The notes below the pieces were generated by a model. It made no database searches. It worked only from the letters and a program-made list of their open reading frames with translations, and had not been told where the DNA came from. The position numbers and the translations under genes are program-made. A DNA stretch of 64,000 bases from positions 248,001 through 312,000 of the forward strand of contig MU053304.1 in assembly GCA_013239625.1 (NCBI GenBank). Direction: 5' to 3'. Shown piece after piece: positions 14,659-28,285 of this stretch; position 1 is the stretch's first letter; the number at the start of each line of letters is the position of its first letter. The DNA comes from Lama guanicoe. Its lineage: Eukaryota.

Positions 14659-17600
14659 GTGACTGTTTTTATGGAGACCCAAGCAGAAAGCAAAGAAAAA
14701 AAGGAAAGGAAGGTAATGTGAGCTTCATAAAGCATTTTCACAGTCCACCCTTCTCACTAAGGAGAAAATGAACTCCCTCCCATGAATGTCACAAGGCATG
14801 GACACCTTCATCTTCAATCACATACTTAAAAACAAGCCACCTTAAGCAGTGTAGCCCCAGAAAACTTCCTAGGTATCGAGTGCCAAACTGAATTAGGTGA
14901 CAGAGTCTTCTTATTAAACCAAGTTACTACACAAAAACAATTAAATGTAAAAGGTAGCTAAGAAAAGCATAACTTCAGCAGTAAAGTTCCATGAAAAAAT
15001 TTAAATATTTTCTAAATGTTTCATCCACAAACATGTACCCTTATCCTGTCATCCTTCCTAGAGTTTATATATACTATGTGCTTGTTTTCGGAGGATTAGA
15101 GAGAAGTAAAATATTAATTTTCCTCAGAGAAGGTAATAACAAACATGTGTGGAAAGCCACCACTCAAAATCTTCTAATAAAGACACTTGATATAGATGTT
15201 ACACTCAACAGACTGCAGGTGATTATTACGACATTTTAGTTAAAATTAGTATTCCAAATTCACCACTGCCTCCAAAATGGGATTTCAGACACTCAGTACT
15301 TTTTTATAGTTTCCAATTACAAACCATTCGAGATCTTTTAGAACAGTCTTTCTGTTCAGTTTCTAATTTAGCCATGGGCTGGCAGCATGGCCTGCACACT
15401 TTGCCAAACTTGACCCACCCTAGTCCCTAAGGAAGAGCTACCGTGTTAGCCACAAAGACAGAATTACTGCAGCTGACCTCATAGCAAGCTTCTCAAAAAA
15501 ATAGGAAGAGACAACCAATAAATAAAGAGTGAACAACTGAAGTGCTGCACAACATATCAATCACTGCCTTCTCCAATTTGTAAAGCAACAAGATCTCTCC
15601 AACTTCTCTCGAATGAAAATAAAGCTGTCTAGAGGTCATTCTCACATGCCAAAATATATGCAATGAGATGCCTCTTTCATAAACAGCTACACCACCCTTA
15701 CCTTAGAGATTTAAGATGAATAAAATGTACATATTGTCAGAAAGAAAAGCAGGGCTGAGTTGAACCTTGATCAACACACAAATCTATAGATACTGCATCA
15801 CCACTCACCTCTTACTTCATTGATTCATTCAGAAGCCTGTATCTATTGCAGAATCTCTTATTTTAAAGATAAGAAACTTGGCAATAGCTCAATATTTTAA
15901 AAGTTTGAGTTATCCCTCCTAACTACTTTTTAAGGCCAAAGAGTTCAGTCCTTTACTTGAATGCCAGAATGCCAGAAGAGTCATGCTACCCATCAGAAAG
16001 AATATAAAAAAAGAAAAATGGATAATGAGCAACCTGGAGAAAATATAAAGGGATCTGGGGGTAACTGAATTAAATATTTAGGAGGCTGGAGAGCGGAGGA
16101 CAATCCACGTACACCATGACGGTCAGAACATCCTCCATGGATGGAATAGCTCCCTTTGGACCAGGTATAAATTCCACAGGTGTACAAAGAGTGACTCCCA
16201 TGATACGATGCACAAAAAGGCTACAGAACTTCTTGCATCAATATAATTCAGAACAGAAACTGTGCTTTTTGTAAAAATCTAGGTTTTTACATCTGGTCCA
16301 TTTCTCCTTTTCATCTTATCCCCACATAGATTCAAAAAGGCATCTCAATAATATCAGTTTATCTTGCTTTGCTTGAAAAAGTCATATGGTTTTATTTTAA
16401 CTCTGTATCTTACTTTTATTGAGAACACCAGGAGACTAGCAGGTACACACAGAAGTAACCTATCCCATATATTTTGGGTTTGTCACAAGAAAATAAATAT
16501 CAACTTTCTATGAGTAGAAATTATAATAAACCTAAATCATATTCCCCACAAAAAAGTACTTTTTTATACCTGATGATCAATTCACTGTTCCTAGTCTGTT
16601 GACATAAGCAGATATTTTAACACAGAAAGCAGTATTGTGTAAGTTCACAACTGTCTTTAGGTAAGAATAAACCTAAATAATTTCATCAAATCTGCTCTAT
16701 TTTTGTTTCTCAAAAAACTTTAGAATTTTAAAGTTGTGAGGAACATTAGACAATATTTAATCTACCCTTCATTTTACAATTGAGGAAACTTTTCTATTTC
16801 TTATTGTCAGAGCAGAAGCTACATCTTTCTATCAATTCCTGTCTTTATTCTCTCTGCTAAAGCAGGGAACAGGTAACAATCAGGCCCTGATTCTGCTATC
16901 CTACCTCCTAATCTACCTGTGAGCATTTTTCTAGTTCACACAAGTTCACAGTTGACACGGACATGAGCTATGTACACTCAGAAATCCAGACCAGTGGTGG
17001 GATTTATCCACATGTAACTCAGTGCCTCTACTATCTCCTTCTTCGATATTTCTTTCTATAATTCTTCTAAAACTGGAAACTGACCAGAAGACCACAAAAC
17101 TAGAATGCAGAATTGTTCCAGTGTCCAACACCAGAGTATCTACAATCACTTACAACTGGGCCTTGATAGAGCTTTTGTAGTCTGCTCTTAATTAATTAGA
17201 GGTGAGTCATTAACCATTTTTTCTCCCTCTGATACAATTTTATTACTCTATCAGTGGCCAGGTAAGAGAGAAAAAGAGGTATAGAAATAAGCCAATCCAA
17301 ATATCATGATTAGCTAAAAAATTCTAAATAGGACATGTCAGGAACACAATTTCAAGTGGGAGAACAACTTGAGCTTTTGAAACATCAATAACTTTTGCTT
17401 CTTAACTTCCTCTAACAAGCCAGATTAAACAGTGGCAACACATCATTTGCAAGTTTAAATCACATGAATTTAACTTATAGGAACATAATTAGGTCCAGAC
17501 TTTAGAGGACCTCTGCTCTGGCCATCCTTCAGCCACACCCCTCCTCACTCAGGTAAGGAGTTCTCAGGACCAAATGAAAGTGCATCCCTATTTGTAATTG

Positions 17601-19674
17601 GCTCCAAGCCTACTTCCAGGGCATATATAGGCATCTTCCCCAGTCTGTCTTCCCAAACAGACCACATCACAGGTGGCACCTCTGGACTTCACAGATGGCT
17701 AATGGTAGATATTTCTAAGGGGAGTGGGCAGAGCTTAGACATGCAGGATAAGATGGTCACCTAGATGCATGTAAGGGCCCTCACTGAATGGAGGAGGAGG
17801 CAAAAGGGCAGCAAAGAGAGAACAGGGAGCCAGGACTGGGAAGGAAAGAGGGGTATGCCAGAGGTACACCCACTCCATGCAGCCACACTTCAGCATGGAG
17901 CTCCAAGGAGTCTTAGAATTCTACATTTGAACCTGAGTACATGGAGGTACATACGTCTGGCAAGGAATATATCTGGTTTGTCATGTATGTATTTTACTTA
18001 ACAGTTTCTTAGTGTGATTTATAACTTTTAAATATTTCATATGTGGTATGTGTGCTTTTGTCCTAACGTCAGGAGCTGGCCTAATAGGAATCTAACTTAG
18101 GGGAAATTCAATACTGTGTGCTCATGGAAGAGAAAAAGCAAGCACTAAAATTTTCAAAATGCTGTATGTAATTCCTCTTATCATTCCAATCAATGAGAGC
18201 AAACCTCAGTGTGCACAGGAGACAGAAGATCTGAAATCTGCTCAGTTCCCATGTGCCTCTCGCGGTGAACTTCTTATTGCACTGGGTGTGTCGCTCATGC
18301 TCAAATCCATGTTTGGGGCCCCTAATATAATTAAGCCCCTTCAATTGGTATGCCAATGAAGAAACGGTCATTCTTTCTAATATGGAGAAAACGCTGGCTA
18401 TGCTAGACTTACTGCAAGATGGTTTATCCATCTCCAACATGGCATACTCCTAGGAGATTTTCATGGGTAATTTTTATGATGACTGAATGTGATTTTCACC
18501 TTATGAGCAAACTCTGGAATCTAACACCCATGTCAACTGTGCTTCCACCGTATGATGAAACTGCTTCTGCAGCTAAGCTGCTACCTCCAAGCTGACCCTC
18601 AGTCCTATCATCTAAGCACCAGGGTCAGTGTATATACCATGTTCTGTCACAGGAACAGAAAGTAACTCAGAGAGAACAATGTGACATGTGATACTTTTTA
18701 CCGAATCCAGTGGGTAAGACCTCAACTTGAGATACAAATGTGAATCCTTGGCTTCTAGACAGGGCAAGGGGAATAGGCACTAAACTGAGCTTTAGAATAG
18801 GTCTTAGGTTATTGTAACAACAACAACAATAAAAATAATACCTATGAAGTACATGACTGAACTTGTATTCTCATTAAACCTGTCATTTCATGTAATGAAA
18901 TATGTTAACCGAAATCTGTGTATTCCATTTCTTCACCTATTAGCTAAAGTTTCTTCCTATGGTCTCTTCCACTGTGAAAAACCTAATTTTATGGCTATCC
19001 TATTTATGGCATCCTGGAAAAGTTAGGTCAAGAATTTAAGAATATTGCTCTCTCAGCTTTGCACAATCAAGCCTTATCCAGAGACCTGCTAACTATATGG
19101 CAGAGTGAACGTCCCTTAATGGGAGAGAGCCTGTTAAAATGAGTCATGAACCTAAGAAACTGTATAAAGACCCAACGATAAAAAGCCTTGTACCAAGTCC
19201 TATCAACTACATAAAAGTAAAGTAAGAAATTCTGACTTCCCTCCACCAAAAAAAGGCATGGCACATTATTTTTGGACAAATTTGTAGATTAGCTCATGCA
19301 GTAGATTGAAAGTAGATAGCGTATTTGTTTAGGAGAGATTAACTTAAATCAGTGGAAAAATCCATAAATCCTTTTAAACTATAAACCAAGGGCGTCCAAT
19401 TACAAGAACTGGTGGGTATCTGCATGGGCTCAGCTGCTCCCTGAAGCCTAGTAACAAAAGCCATCCCTTTCATTTGACATGTGATTTTAAGACTGGCAGA
19501 AGGGGTTCTTAACCAAAGGCAAATTTTGTTTATTTAAATTTGAAACAAATCCTTGCCCATCCTCAATTTTGTTTTACTACTCTGCTTTTTAGTTAGAATA
19601 TATGATTTCAGTTTCACAACACATCTAAAAAATTAAATGTGACATTAGGTTTATTATAAAGTTATTGAACTTAC

Positions 19675-19728
19675 CGGGGAAGGAATGAAGGCTTCATGAA
19701 ACTTCTTCGGATTGATTCTCAATACACC
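19675..19728 (-). CDS. DIS3L2: DIS3L2 third coding exon (54 nt; [18 protein letters not shown]; cold-shock domain 1 region)
   Basis: Acceptor ttttttattttaaag|GGTGTA, donor CCG|gtaagt, phase 0-0. Peptide matches the recalled DIS3L2 sequence. Too short to appear in the ORF track. Confidence 0.96.
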
Positions 19729-21596
19729 CTTTAAAATAAAAAAATCAAATCTGTGTAAATTTAACTAGTTACATAGTTAAGATTTTTCCATACATAAGTT
19801 ATTATCCAATAAAAAGTTTTAAAATTAATTAAACAGTTCGATCTAGGAAACAAGTTAGATGTATGAGAACTATTCATCAAATCCATGAAACACGATTTAC
19901 ACTGATGTCTATAACACAGAGTTCCATCAAAAATTGAAAGCTCACACTGGCACCTTGCTGTGAATGGGCAGAGGCGAGAAGCAACAGAGCTTGGCATGGA
20001 GTGGGAAAGTGGCAACTGTTGAGATTTTACGTGCCCCTGTATGATAGTCTTCAAATTTAAAACTTTACTTTAAGAACAAGGTTATCTGGGGTTTACACCC
20101 CACCACACAATGGCCTTGTTTATTCTTTAAGACCTTTCCAAAACTGCTTGTTTTTGTGACAACCTTCAAAGTGACGCAGGTTGATTTCCAAGCTGACTAC
20201 TCAGCCTCAAGGGACTGGATGCATAATTTTTACTTTGGCCCCTCTGCAGAGCCGAATGAGTCAATAATTCAAAATGGTCCAGAACCAACTCTTAATGTAA
20301 ATGGGAATCCTGGCTCCAACAGCCAGGCCACCCAGTTTGCCTTCAATTTCATGTTATTCCAGCACCAAATCAGGGTCTGCTTCTATTTATGCACAGAGGT
20401 GCAGGTGGGGGCCCTCTTCAATAGCAGTTCAGTATTTTAGGCTCTTGCAGGAAGCTGTAACCCTCCCCACTTACAGCTGCATTTGAAGGCCACTGGAACT
20501 CATAGATGGAGGCAGTTATTTTCCTAAAAGCCAGACTCAAAGGGTGTCTTGAGTAAGTGTTTTAAATAACATTTCCCCTCTAAAATATTGAAAGACTCAA
20601 AGATAGATGATTAACAAAATAGGAGAGGGCATAAAATAAAGCAGAAAATAATTCTTTCTTTCACTGGTACAACCATGTTTAAATCACAAATTTCCACGCA
20701 ACAGTTTATACCACTGTTTTAAATCCCACAGACTACTAGAAATCTTCTTTCAGTCCTTAATTCAACCATTATTTATTGAATTCTGCTTATATCCAAGCCC
20801 CTGAGACAGAAAATATTGGAAGGAAAATGATAACCAAGCTCAGTTCTTGTTTATAAATTAAAACATGAAGAATGCCGTAAGTGAGGGAACAGCCTACTTT
20901 CAGCTGAGGGCACTAGGAAAGGCTCCAGAGATGGTGTCCAACCTGACACTTGAAGGAGGAGCCAAACTTGAGATAAATCAGAAGGGAAATTTAGTCAAGA
21001 GTGACTAAGAAGGCAAATTCTCTTCTACCATCTTGCGGTACTAGGGGAAGAGGGAGAGGGGCTGGGAGATAAGGCAGGCAAAGTTCCCTGAGGCCAGTCC
21101 CTTTCCACGAATGTCACTGCAATTTCATTTTTAGGATAGCAGTTTGTTGTTGGGGAGGAAGGAAAAAGGCTTATTACATTTATCCTAAATATTCATCTAC
21201 TCACATAACAAGTATTTCCTGACAACTAGGATGACAGGCACTATGCTAAGTGATGGGGACACAATAGAGAGTAATAACTGACAGTCTCTGCCCCTCAGAG
21301 CTTATAGTCCAGTGACGGAAAGACATTCCAAATACATAACAGTGAATTCATTGAAGTTAATTTTTAAAATTCATTTTTTGACCTAAGTTTTCTTCCAATT
21401 GTTATTCTTCTATCATCAATTCAAGCTCAAGTGATAAGCCTCAAGTGAATGGTTAGTACATGAAGAAGTACAGAGAAGAGAATGTCTTCTGCTTTGAAAG
21501 CACCTTTAATTACAGAGCACTGAGAGAGACCAAGGCGAGGCTGAGGAGAAAGAGGTGGCTCACGGCTGTATCTTACCTCTATTTTGTGTGTGTGAT

Positions 21597-21705
21597 TTTT
21601 TTTTAATGAGATAGAGTTGATGTAAAATAGTATGTAAGTTACAGGTGTATGACACAATGATCCATAATTTTTAAAGGTTATACTCCATTTATAGTTATTA
21701 TACAT
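21597..21705 (-). mobile_element. Short L1 3'-end fragment
   Basis: T tract followed by tagagttgatgtaaaatagtatgtaagttacaggtgta...ttatactccatttatagttatta, the reverse complement of the 3'UTR seen at 978-1165. Confidence 0.75.
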
Positions 21706-22099
21706 TTCCTGGCTCTACTTAAAAACACAAATATTAAAAGGACCTAAAAGATTCTATCCTTGATTGTCTACCCCAAACTTCCTGAGATATAGAAGCATAT
21801 AGGGAAGGATAGAAGCCTGTTCAAGAAAAACATTTGCCGTTTGACTAGAGCATACTCTTAAGAACTGGACCTCAGGAACAGACCCGCTGAGAGCACGGAT
21901 CACACTAAGAATGAACTTCAGCAGAGTTCCACAGCACAGCAGAGTCATCCCCACAGCGTGACGGAAGAAGCTGTCGGTAAAGCATATCAAGAAATGGCCC
22001 CGAAACTGAAAAAGACTTCTAGCAGATGATTTGTCCCACTCACCTACATAAGCCCAGAACTTATATTTCCATATTTTTATGACCATCACCTAATCTGCC

Positions 22100-24365
22100 C
22101 CAAACCATCACCCCTCATCCTCAACTCTTTCCTAGGCCTGGAATTGACTGGTGAGGCTCCTACAACCTCCATCTCTTCTCTGAATGCTCCAGTGCCTCCT
22201 TGCCTCAATTGAAACCTGGCTGTCCTCTGATGTGATCACTTCCCTTTAAGAGCTCTCAAAGGGAGCCGATTTTCTCTCTCCTATTCTGTATATCTCAGGG
22301 ACTAGAGGAAGAATGTTTCCCCTCAACTTCCCCATTGCAGCTTTAAAATTATTTCCCCCTCATTGTCTCTCAAAATCCCAGACCCTTAGAAGTTCACATC
22401 ATTAGCTCCTGCTGTACCTCCCTGGTGCTGTCATCATCAAACCTCCTGATCGTAACCCTGATTTACTAATGTTTTGCCTTTTAGCACACTCTCTTTCTCT
22501 CCAGCCTCATTCCTATAAACACTTATGGGACCTCACATCTACATGGATGACCAGGCAACCCTCGCCAGACACTCGAGCCCACCCACCCTAGTTACTCTCT
22601 CCCATGTTCACAGCCTGTATCTTGTTATCATTGCTAACTATACCACCTCCAAACATTGATTTTAAAATCAAGTATTACACTTTCTGATCACAATCTTCTA
22701 TCCTTCCAGGTCACTAAGGTAGAAATCCCACTTCAACAATTCTTCATCTTCACCAAGACTTCCAACCCAGGGACCTGACCACATTTTTACCATTTATCGT
22801 CCTCCCACTACATTTTTACCATTTATCGTCCTCCCACTACATTCATTCCCTTCCTTGGCTACCTTGTTGACATGGCCTGTCAGTACCTACTGCCCTTACA
22901 AATCCTGAGCCTTGGGTCCATGCTTCCTCTTGTATTCAACTAGCAAAACCTCACTTTCAGTTGACTCCAACTATCTGCCTTCCCCATCCTTACACCCAAG
23001 GAGCTGAATATTACTGTAGAAAAATATAACACAACTAGGCTAATTAGCCTAACTTGGCAATCACAAACATGTTTTATTTGGCTTACAGGATGTTTGAAAA
23101 TGCTTAAAACTGAGGAATTTCACACATAAATATGTATTTCCAGATTTTCTTGAAAAACCAGCTAACCCTACATGGCAGCAACCACCTGAACTGGATAACA
23201 GATGCTTCTTGTATAGTAATAAAAACAGTCACAAGTAACACACCAGTTTATCACGTCTCACACTGTTTTAAGAGCTTTATCTACCAACTAATTTAACCCT
23301 CAAAACAACCCTATGAGAAAGGTACTATTACCCTCTTTTTTATAAAATGAAAAAATAGAGGCACTGAGAGGTGCCCACTTTCATACCACATTCAAGACCA
23401 AGCAGTCTGGTTCCAAAGTCCTTGCTCTTAACTGCTGCAGACTGCCTCTCCATTTGCCATAGTCACCATCAGGGCCTCTTCACTCATTTATGCCACCTGC
23501 TCACTTCTCCCCAAAAACCAGTACCACACTGCAACCTTCAACCTTCCGTATCTTGGCTAGTGGCAACATCATCCATCCTTTACCCAACTCAAAAACTTAG
23601 GAGTCATCCTTTATCACTCCCTTTGCCTTACCTTCCACATTTCATCCATCAGCATGTCATGCCAGTACTAGTGCCAAATCCATCCATTTCTGTCCATCTT
23701 CACTGCCACCACCCTTGGTCACATCTCCATATTTTCTTGCCTGATTGACTCTGACAGCCTTCTACATGTTCTCCCAGGTTCCACTCTAGTCTGTTCATCT
23801 CACAGTTGCCAGAGAATTGTTTTAAAAGCATAAAACAGATATGTCCTTCCCCTGCTTAATACAATTCAGTGAATCTCCATTGTTCTTTAAATAAAATCCA
23901 ACTCTCCAATACAGCCTAGAGACCCTACATGATTTGGCAACTGCCTACCTTTCCAGTTTATTACCATATCGCAATTCCCTTTGCTCACTACATCTAATAG
24001 GATTTCTTCTTGGTCCTCAGAAACATCAAGCCTTTTTCTGCTTGCCATTCTTCTACTAGCTGGTATCTCTGCCTGTAATGTTCTTTTGCTAATTCTTCAA
24101 ATGGCTGGCTCGTATTTTTCAACCTGCAGATCTCAGCTCAGAGATCACCTCCTCGGAGAGGCCTAAACACCCTATGTCAAGTGGCTCTTTCTAATTATTC
24201 TCTCTCATCTTTCTTACTTCCCTGTTAGCATGCATCACAGGCAAGAATTTCCTCTTTATTTCCTTAGTTGTTTTTTTCTATCTCCTCCAGTGAATTGCCT
24301 ATCTACTTACTGGTATATGCTTGGCACTTAGGAGGCAGTCAAGAAACACTTGTTGGGCTAATTAA
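22100..24365 (+). mobile_element. Long decayed L2 with nested MIR and other fragments
   Basis: Pyrimidine-rich L2 ORF2 and 3' text (gaaacctggctgtcctctga; aaacttaggagtcatccttt; cttggcacttaggaggcagtcaagaaacacttgttg). MIR-like text at ~23250-23435. Confidence 0.7.
22781..22843. repeat. Perfect 29-bp tandem duplication (acatttttaccatttatcgtcctcccact x2, then acatt)
   Basis: Read directly: copies at 22781-22809 and 22810-22838. Confidence 0.95.
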
Positions 24366-27300
24366 TTAATGTCTGCAGAGTAGAAGTTCTCCCACCACCT
24401 GGCATTAATGTTTTGAATATCATCTGTTCCTTCTAAACGACTGGACAGTTCACTGTAATGTCACTATTCCTCCCTTTAACTCACACCCAAGTGTTCTCTA
24501 ATTTTACTCTTAACAAATGGTGAAGGTCCTAGACACTAGCCCATCCTGTCCTGTTGTCCTGCACTACAATTTCTTTCAAGGTCCCACTACTTTACATTAA
24601 CATCTTATTCTAGGGGAAATGTGACTTCATGCCTCATACAGCTCTGGTGGCTCAGCCTGAACCACCTTTTGCCAAAGAACCAGCTAGGAACATGAAACCA
24701 GCCAATTCTACTATCTTCATACTTCACTGTTACTTCAATACCACTTTGGTCATCACCCTAAAGCTAAGTTCCTTCCAGGCCTCTCTATCCCACACTCTCA
24801 TTTCCCCTAACATCTCCCATAACAACCTCCCAATACTGTACCTATGGAGTGAGAAAAAACGTATACTCTTTGATGTGAGAACTTGTTTACCAAAAAAATT
24901 TCAAAACTACATATACATGATCATGTGTTACTATTGGTGAATTCAAACACAGGAAAGAGATTTTTTTGGTCTCTGTGGACAACTCTTCACCATATAGGGC
25001 AAACCACTAATGAAATGTTAAATTATTGGGCAAAGTATTGAAAATAAAATGAAAATATTTTTCCTCTATCTAAAAATATCTCTATCGTTCAGTAAAAGTT
25101 TCTTCTCTGGATGAGGAAAAGAAAAAGGATGTCACACTATACTTAAGTGTGAATACAAAAGTTAACAAATGCTTACATTTAAAAAATGTAAAAATAAATA
25201 TATTTACATATTTAATCAATTTAATTTTCTCTAATAGCATTCAAATATCTTTTCTTGTTTAGCTTTTTACCTTACCCATCAAGGCCTGCACAGATGGACT
25301 CTGTTTCTCTGCCTATGAAAAATCTATTTCCAGTGTTGTATATTTCACACAGTGACCTCATATCTGGAACCCATTCCCTTCCCATCTGCAAAGAACAACT
25401 GTTCTCATCTGTGGGGGGAGGCTCTGGCTGCTGAGTCTCATGTGTCACAGGCCAGGAGGAATCACTTACAAACTTCTGGGAATGAGAGTTGTTACATTGA
25501 TCAACTTTTTGTTTTAATATTAGCAAAGAGTTGCTTCAAAAGCAAAAATTAATAGGAAGGAGTATAAATAATACCATTGCATAATATTTCCCTCAGCCTC
25601 TCTCTGTAAATTCTATAACCAAAATTATAAGCAATTTTTCTTCCAAGTTGTAACAACCAAGGTTCCTCTCACACTTCTTCAAAGACAGTACTTTGATTCT
25701 TTACTCAGTCAGTAAACAAGTATTTATCCAATATAAACTTACTAAGTAGCAGTCAAATGCCAGGCATTAGGTTAATTTGTGGGAGTAAGACATGACCCTG
25801 CCCACAAGGAAGTGAACACTCTATTTGAGGAAGCATAAGTGCCAAGAAATAGTAATAAGTTTAGAATAAATGGTAAACTAAAAAGTCAACTTCAGGAAAG
25901 CAGTAACAGCTGATTCTGCTTGGAGAATTAAAGTGAGGCTTCATAAAAGGGGGACATTCAGGTAAAGTCAAGCACGATTACATTAAGATAGTGGGAGAAA
26001 GTATTCCAAGCACCAGAAACAGTGAGTACAGAGTCACAGACGAATCAAAGAGCAGAGTTTTTAACGGGAAAAGTTTTGAAGATCAGGGTGAATGGAGCAG
26101 AGCGTGCTGGAAGAGAATGGCAGGAGCTGAGAATGGGAAAAGCATTACTGGTCCTCATACACAAAACAAGATGAGGGCCAAGAAACTTGTAGATAAAATG
26201 GAGTTCAGCATGTGCACTGAATAATAAACGGCAAATGAACGGATTTATGAATGGACAAATGTCCAACTGCAGCTTCAAATTTCCTGAGAGGCCTTATCCA
26301 GGAAATCCAAGGGAAGTTTAAAAAAAAAAAAACCAACTGTACTTCTAAAATCAGAATAAGCAACTAATGTGTTAAAAACAATTTTCCATTCAAGAGTCTA
26401 TATTAAACACATGTGTACTTGGTCACAGGTAAATACAAAAAGAGGATAAAAAGGAAGAGAAGATGATAGTATCTGTTCATTGGCTGGATCTCCAGGCCGG
26501 AACACAAATATAGAAGCTGGGCACTCAGAATAAGAGAAAATGGAACACAGTCAACATTTTCAAGTGAGTCAGGTAACACATGGTAATGTTTTTATACTGA
26601 TCTAAGAATTATAAAATAGATCTAATTCAAAGAATATGTGGCCCCTCCTCCCTCTTCATCTCATTACCTACTATCTGCCTCAGAGTTCATGCCTGAGGAG
26701 ACCTAACCCGCCTTGCTCTATATTATTTCTCAGTTCATGTTTTCATTAGTGTCACTGACTCTCCCTACTTCCTTCCCACATTCATATCACTCACTTAATA
26801 GGCCCAAATGAGTCATCTTTCAATATTCACCACGGGTGTCACCCTGTACAGTTTCCCGGTTTCCCCCAACATTCTCCTATAAACCCTGGTCACACTTTTA
26901 TCTGAGCACTAACCCTTTATCCTTAGATCATCTGTACACACAACTACCTGCTCCAGTACCGGGCTGCAAGCTCAAAGCACAGAAAGGCAATCTCATCCAC
27001 CTTCATCTCGGGAGCATCCATGCGGTGTGCTCCTAACTATAAACTGGCTCACAGCGGATACTCAATAAACGTTTGCTGAGCCAAACTGCAGAATTAGCTG
27101 GTAAAAATACTTTGTAAACTATAAAGCACTCAAAAGATATTGTCTGCTGCTGTTTACTGTTTCCTTTTCAACCTTATTCTCTGTTATTCAGCATCCATGT
27201 GCTCCAGGCAAACTAGTTGTTGAAGCCACACCCTGTATCCCACTTCTGTCTTAGTAGCTCACACTGGTCTTTCGTAAAGCTCTTTCTCTCCCCTTCACTT

Positions 27301-27610
27301 ATTCAAAATTCAAACTGCACCCAATCTATGGCCTGGATCTAATATATTCCTTCCAAGAAAGAATTCCTAGACAACCCTAACTAACCAGAAGTAAGGGCCC
27401 TCTCCTCTCAAATCTCAGAGCACTTTCTCTCAGGCTTGTGGCACTTACCACCTCTAATTGCCTTGCAGATCTAAGAAGCAGGAAGCTCTGGGCCTCTTAT
27501 GTCTTCATTTCTTTCAAAGCACACAGCACACACACAAAAAGTTTAATGAGTAATAGATTACTTCTGATTCAACATAGTCAAGGAATAGCCTTCTAGTATG
27601 TTTTAAGCAC

Positions 27611-27768
27611 CTGGATAAGTGTTCCTCTCTTCAAGCCTTCTGAAACATCCTCCTTGGACATGTAGGTTTCAAATATGCTCTTCTTCTTCCCTCGTGCGGT
27701 CTTGTTCTTTGACTTTTTGTCACCTGGCGAAGCACCAACACCATGTGGACCAACCAAAGAGGACACAC
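27611..27768 (-). CDS. DIS3L2: DIS3L2 second coding exon (158 nt; (G)[52 protein letters not shown])
   Basis: Lies inside ORF 27593..27808. Acceptor tttctag|GTGTG, donor CAG|gtgctt. Phase 1 to phase 0 fits the flanking exons, and the peptide is recognisably DIS3L2. Confidence 0.97.
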
Positions 27769-28285
27769 CTAGAAACACGAGGCAGCAATCAACTCTTTCC
27801 TCAAACATCTCTGTATTTTTAAAACTGGAGGTATTTTATCTTTTAAGTTTAAAAAGATTAAAAAGAGAATGAAACTCCCTGATACTGATTTCAGATAGTC
27901 ATAAAAAGGAAAAATGAGTTAGGAAACATGAAGAAAAGGCACACAGATGAGACCTGAATTTTAAATCAGCACCACAACATACATGAAACATAGCTTGAAT
28001 AATGGGTTCAGTATGCATTGCTATTTATGGACACAAACTCTTAAAAACAGGAATTGCTAAAAGATTATCACTTTTCTAGAGGAAATTAAATAACTGTACT
28101 CAATATAACAATAAATTAAGACAACAAGAAACAACACAATTCTAGAATAAATAACACAGGAGAATATTTAACAGGTCACCGAAAGAATTACAGTCCCCCT
28201 CAGTCCTAAGACCCGCCCTGATCTCCATTCCACTTTTATTTCAGGTCTCCAGTTGCTAGAGTAGATTCCATTTTCCTTTTGCTAC

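Noticed and set aside
22781..22843. CRISPR-like 29-bp repeat
   Set aside because: Two adjacent copies with no spacer, in a mammalian intron.
27593..27808. ORF taken as a complete 71-aa protein
   Set aside because: Only 27611-27768 is exon; the flanks are intronic read-through beyond the splice sites.
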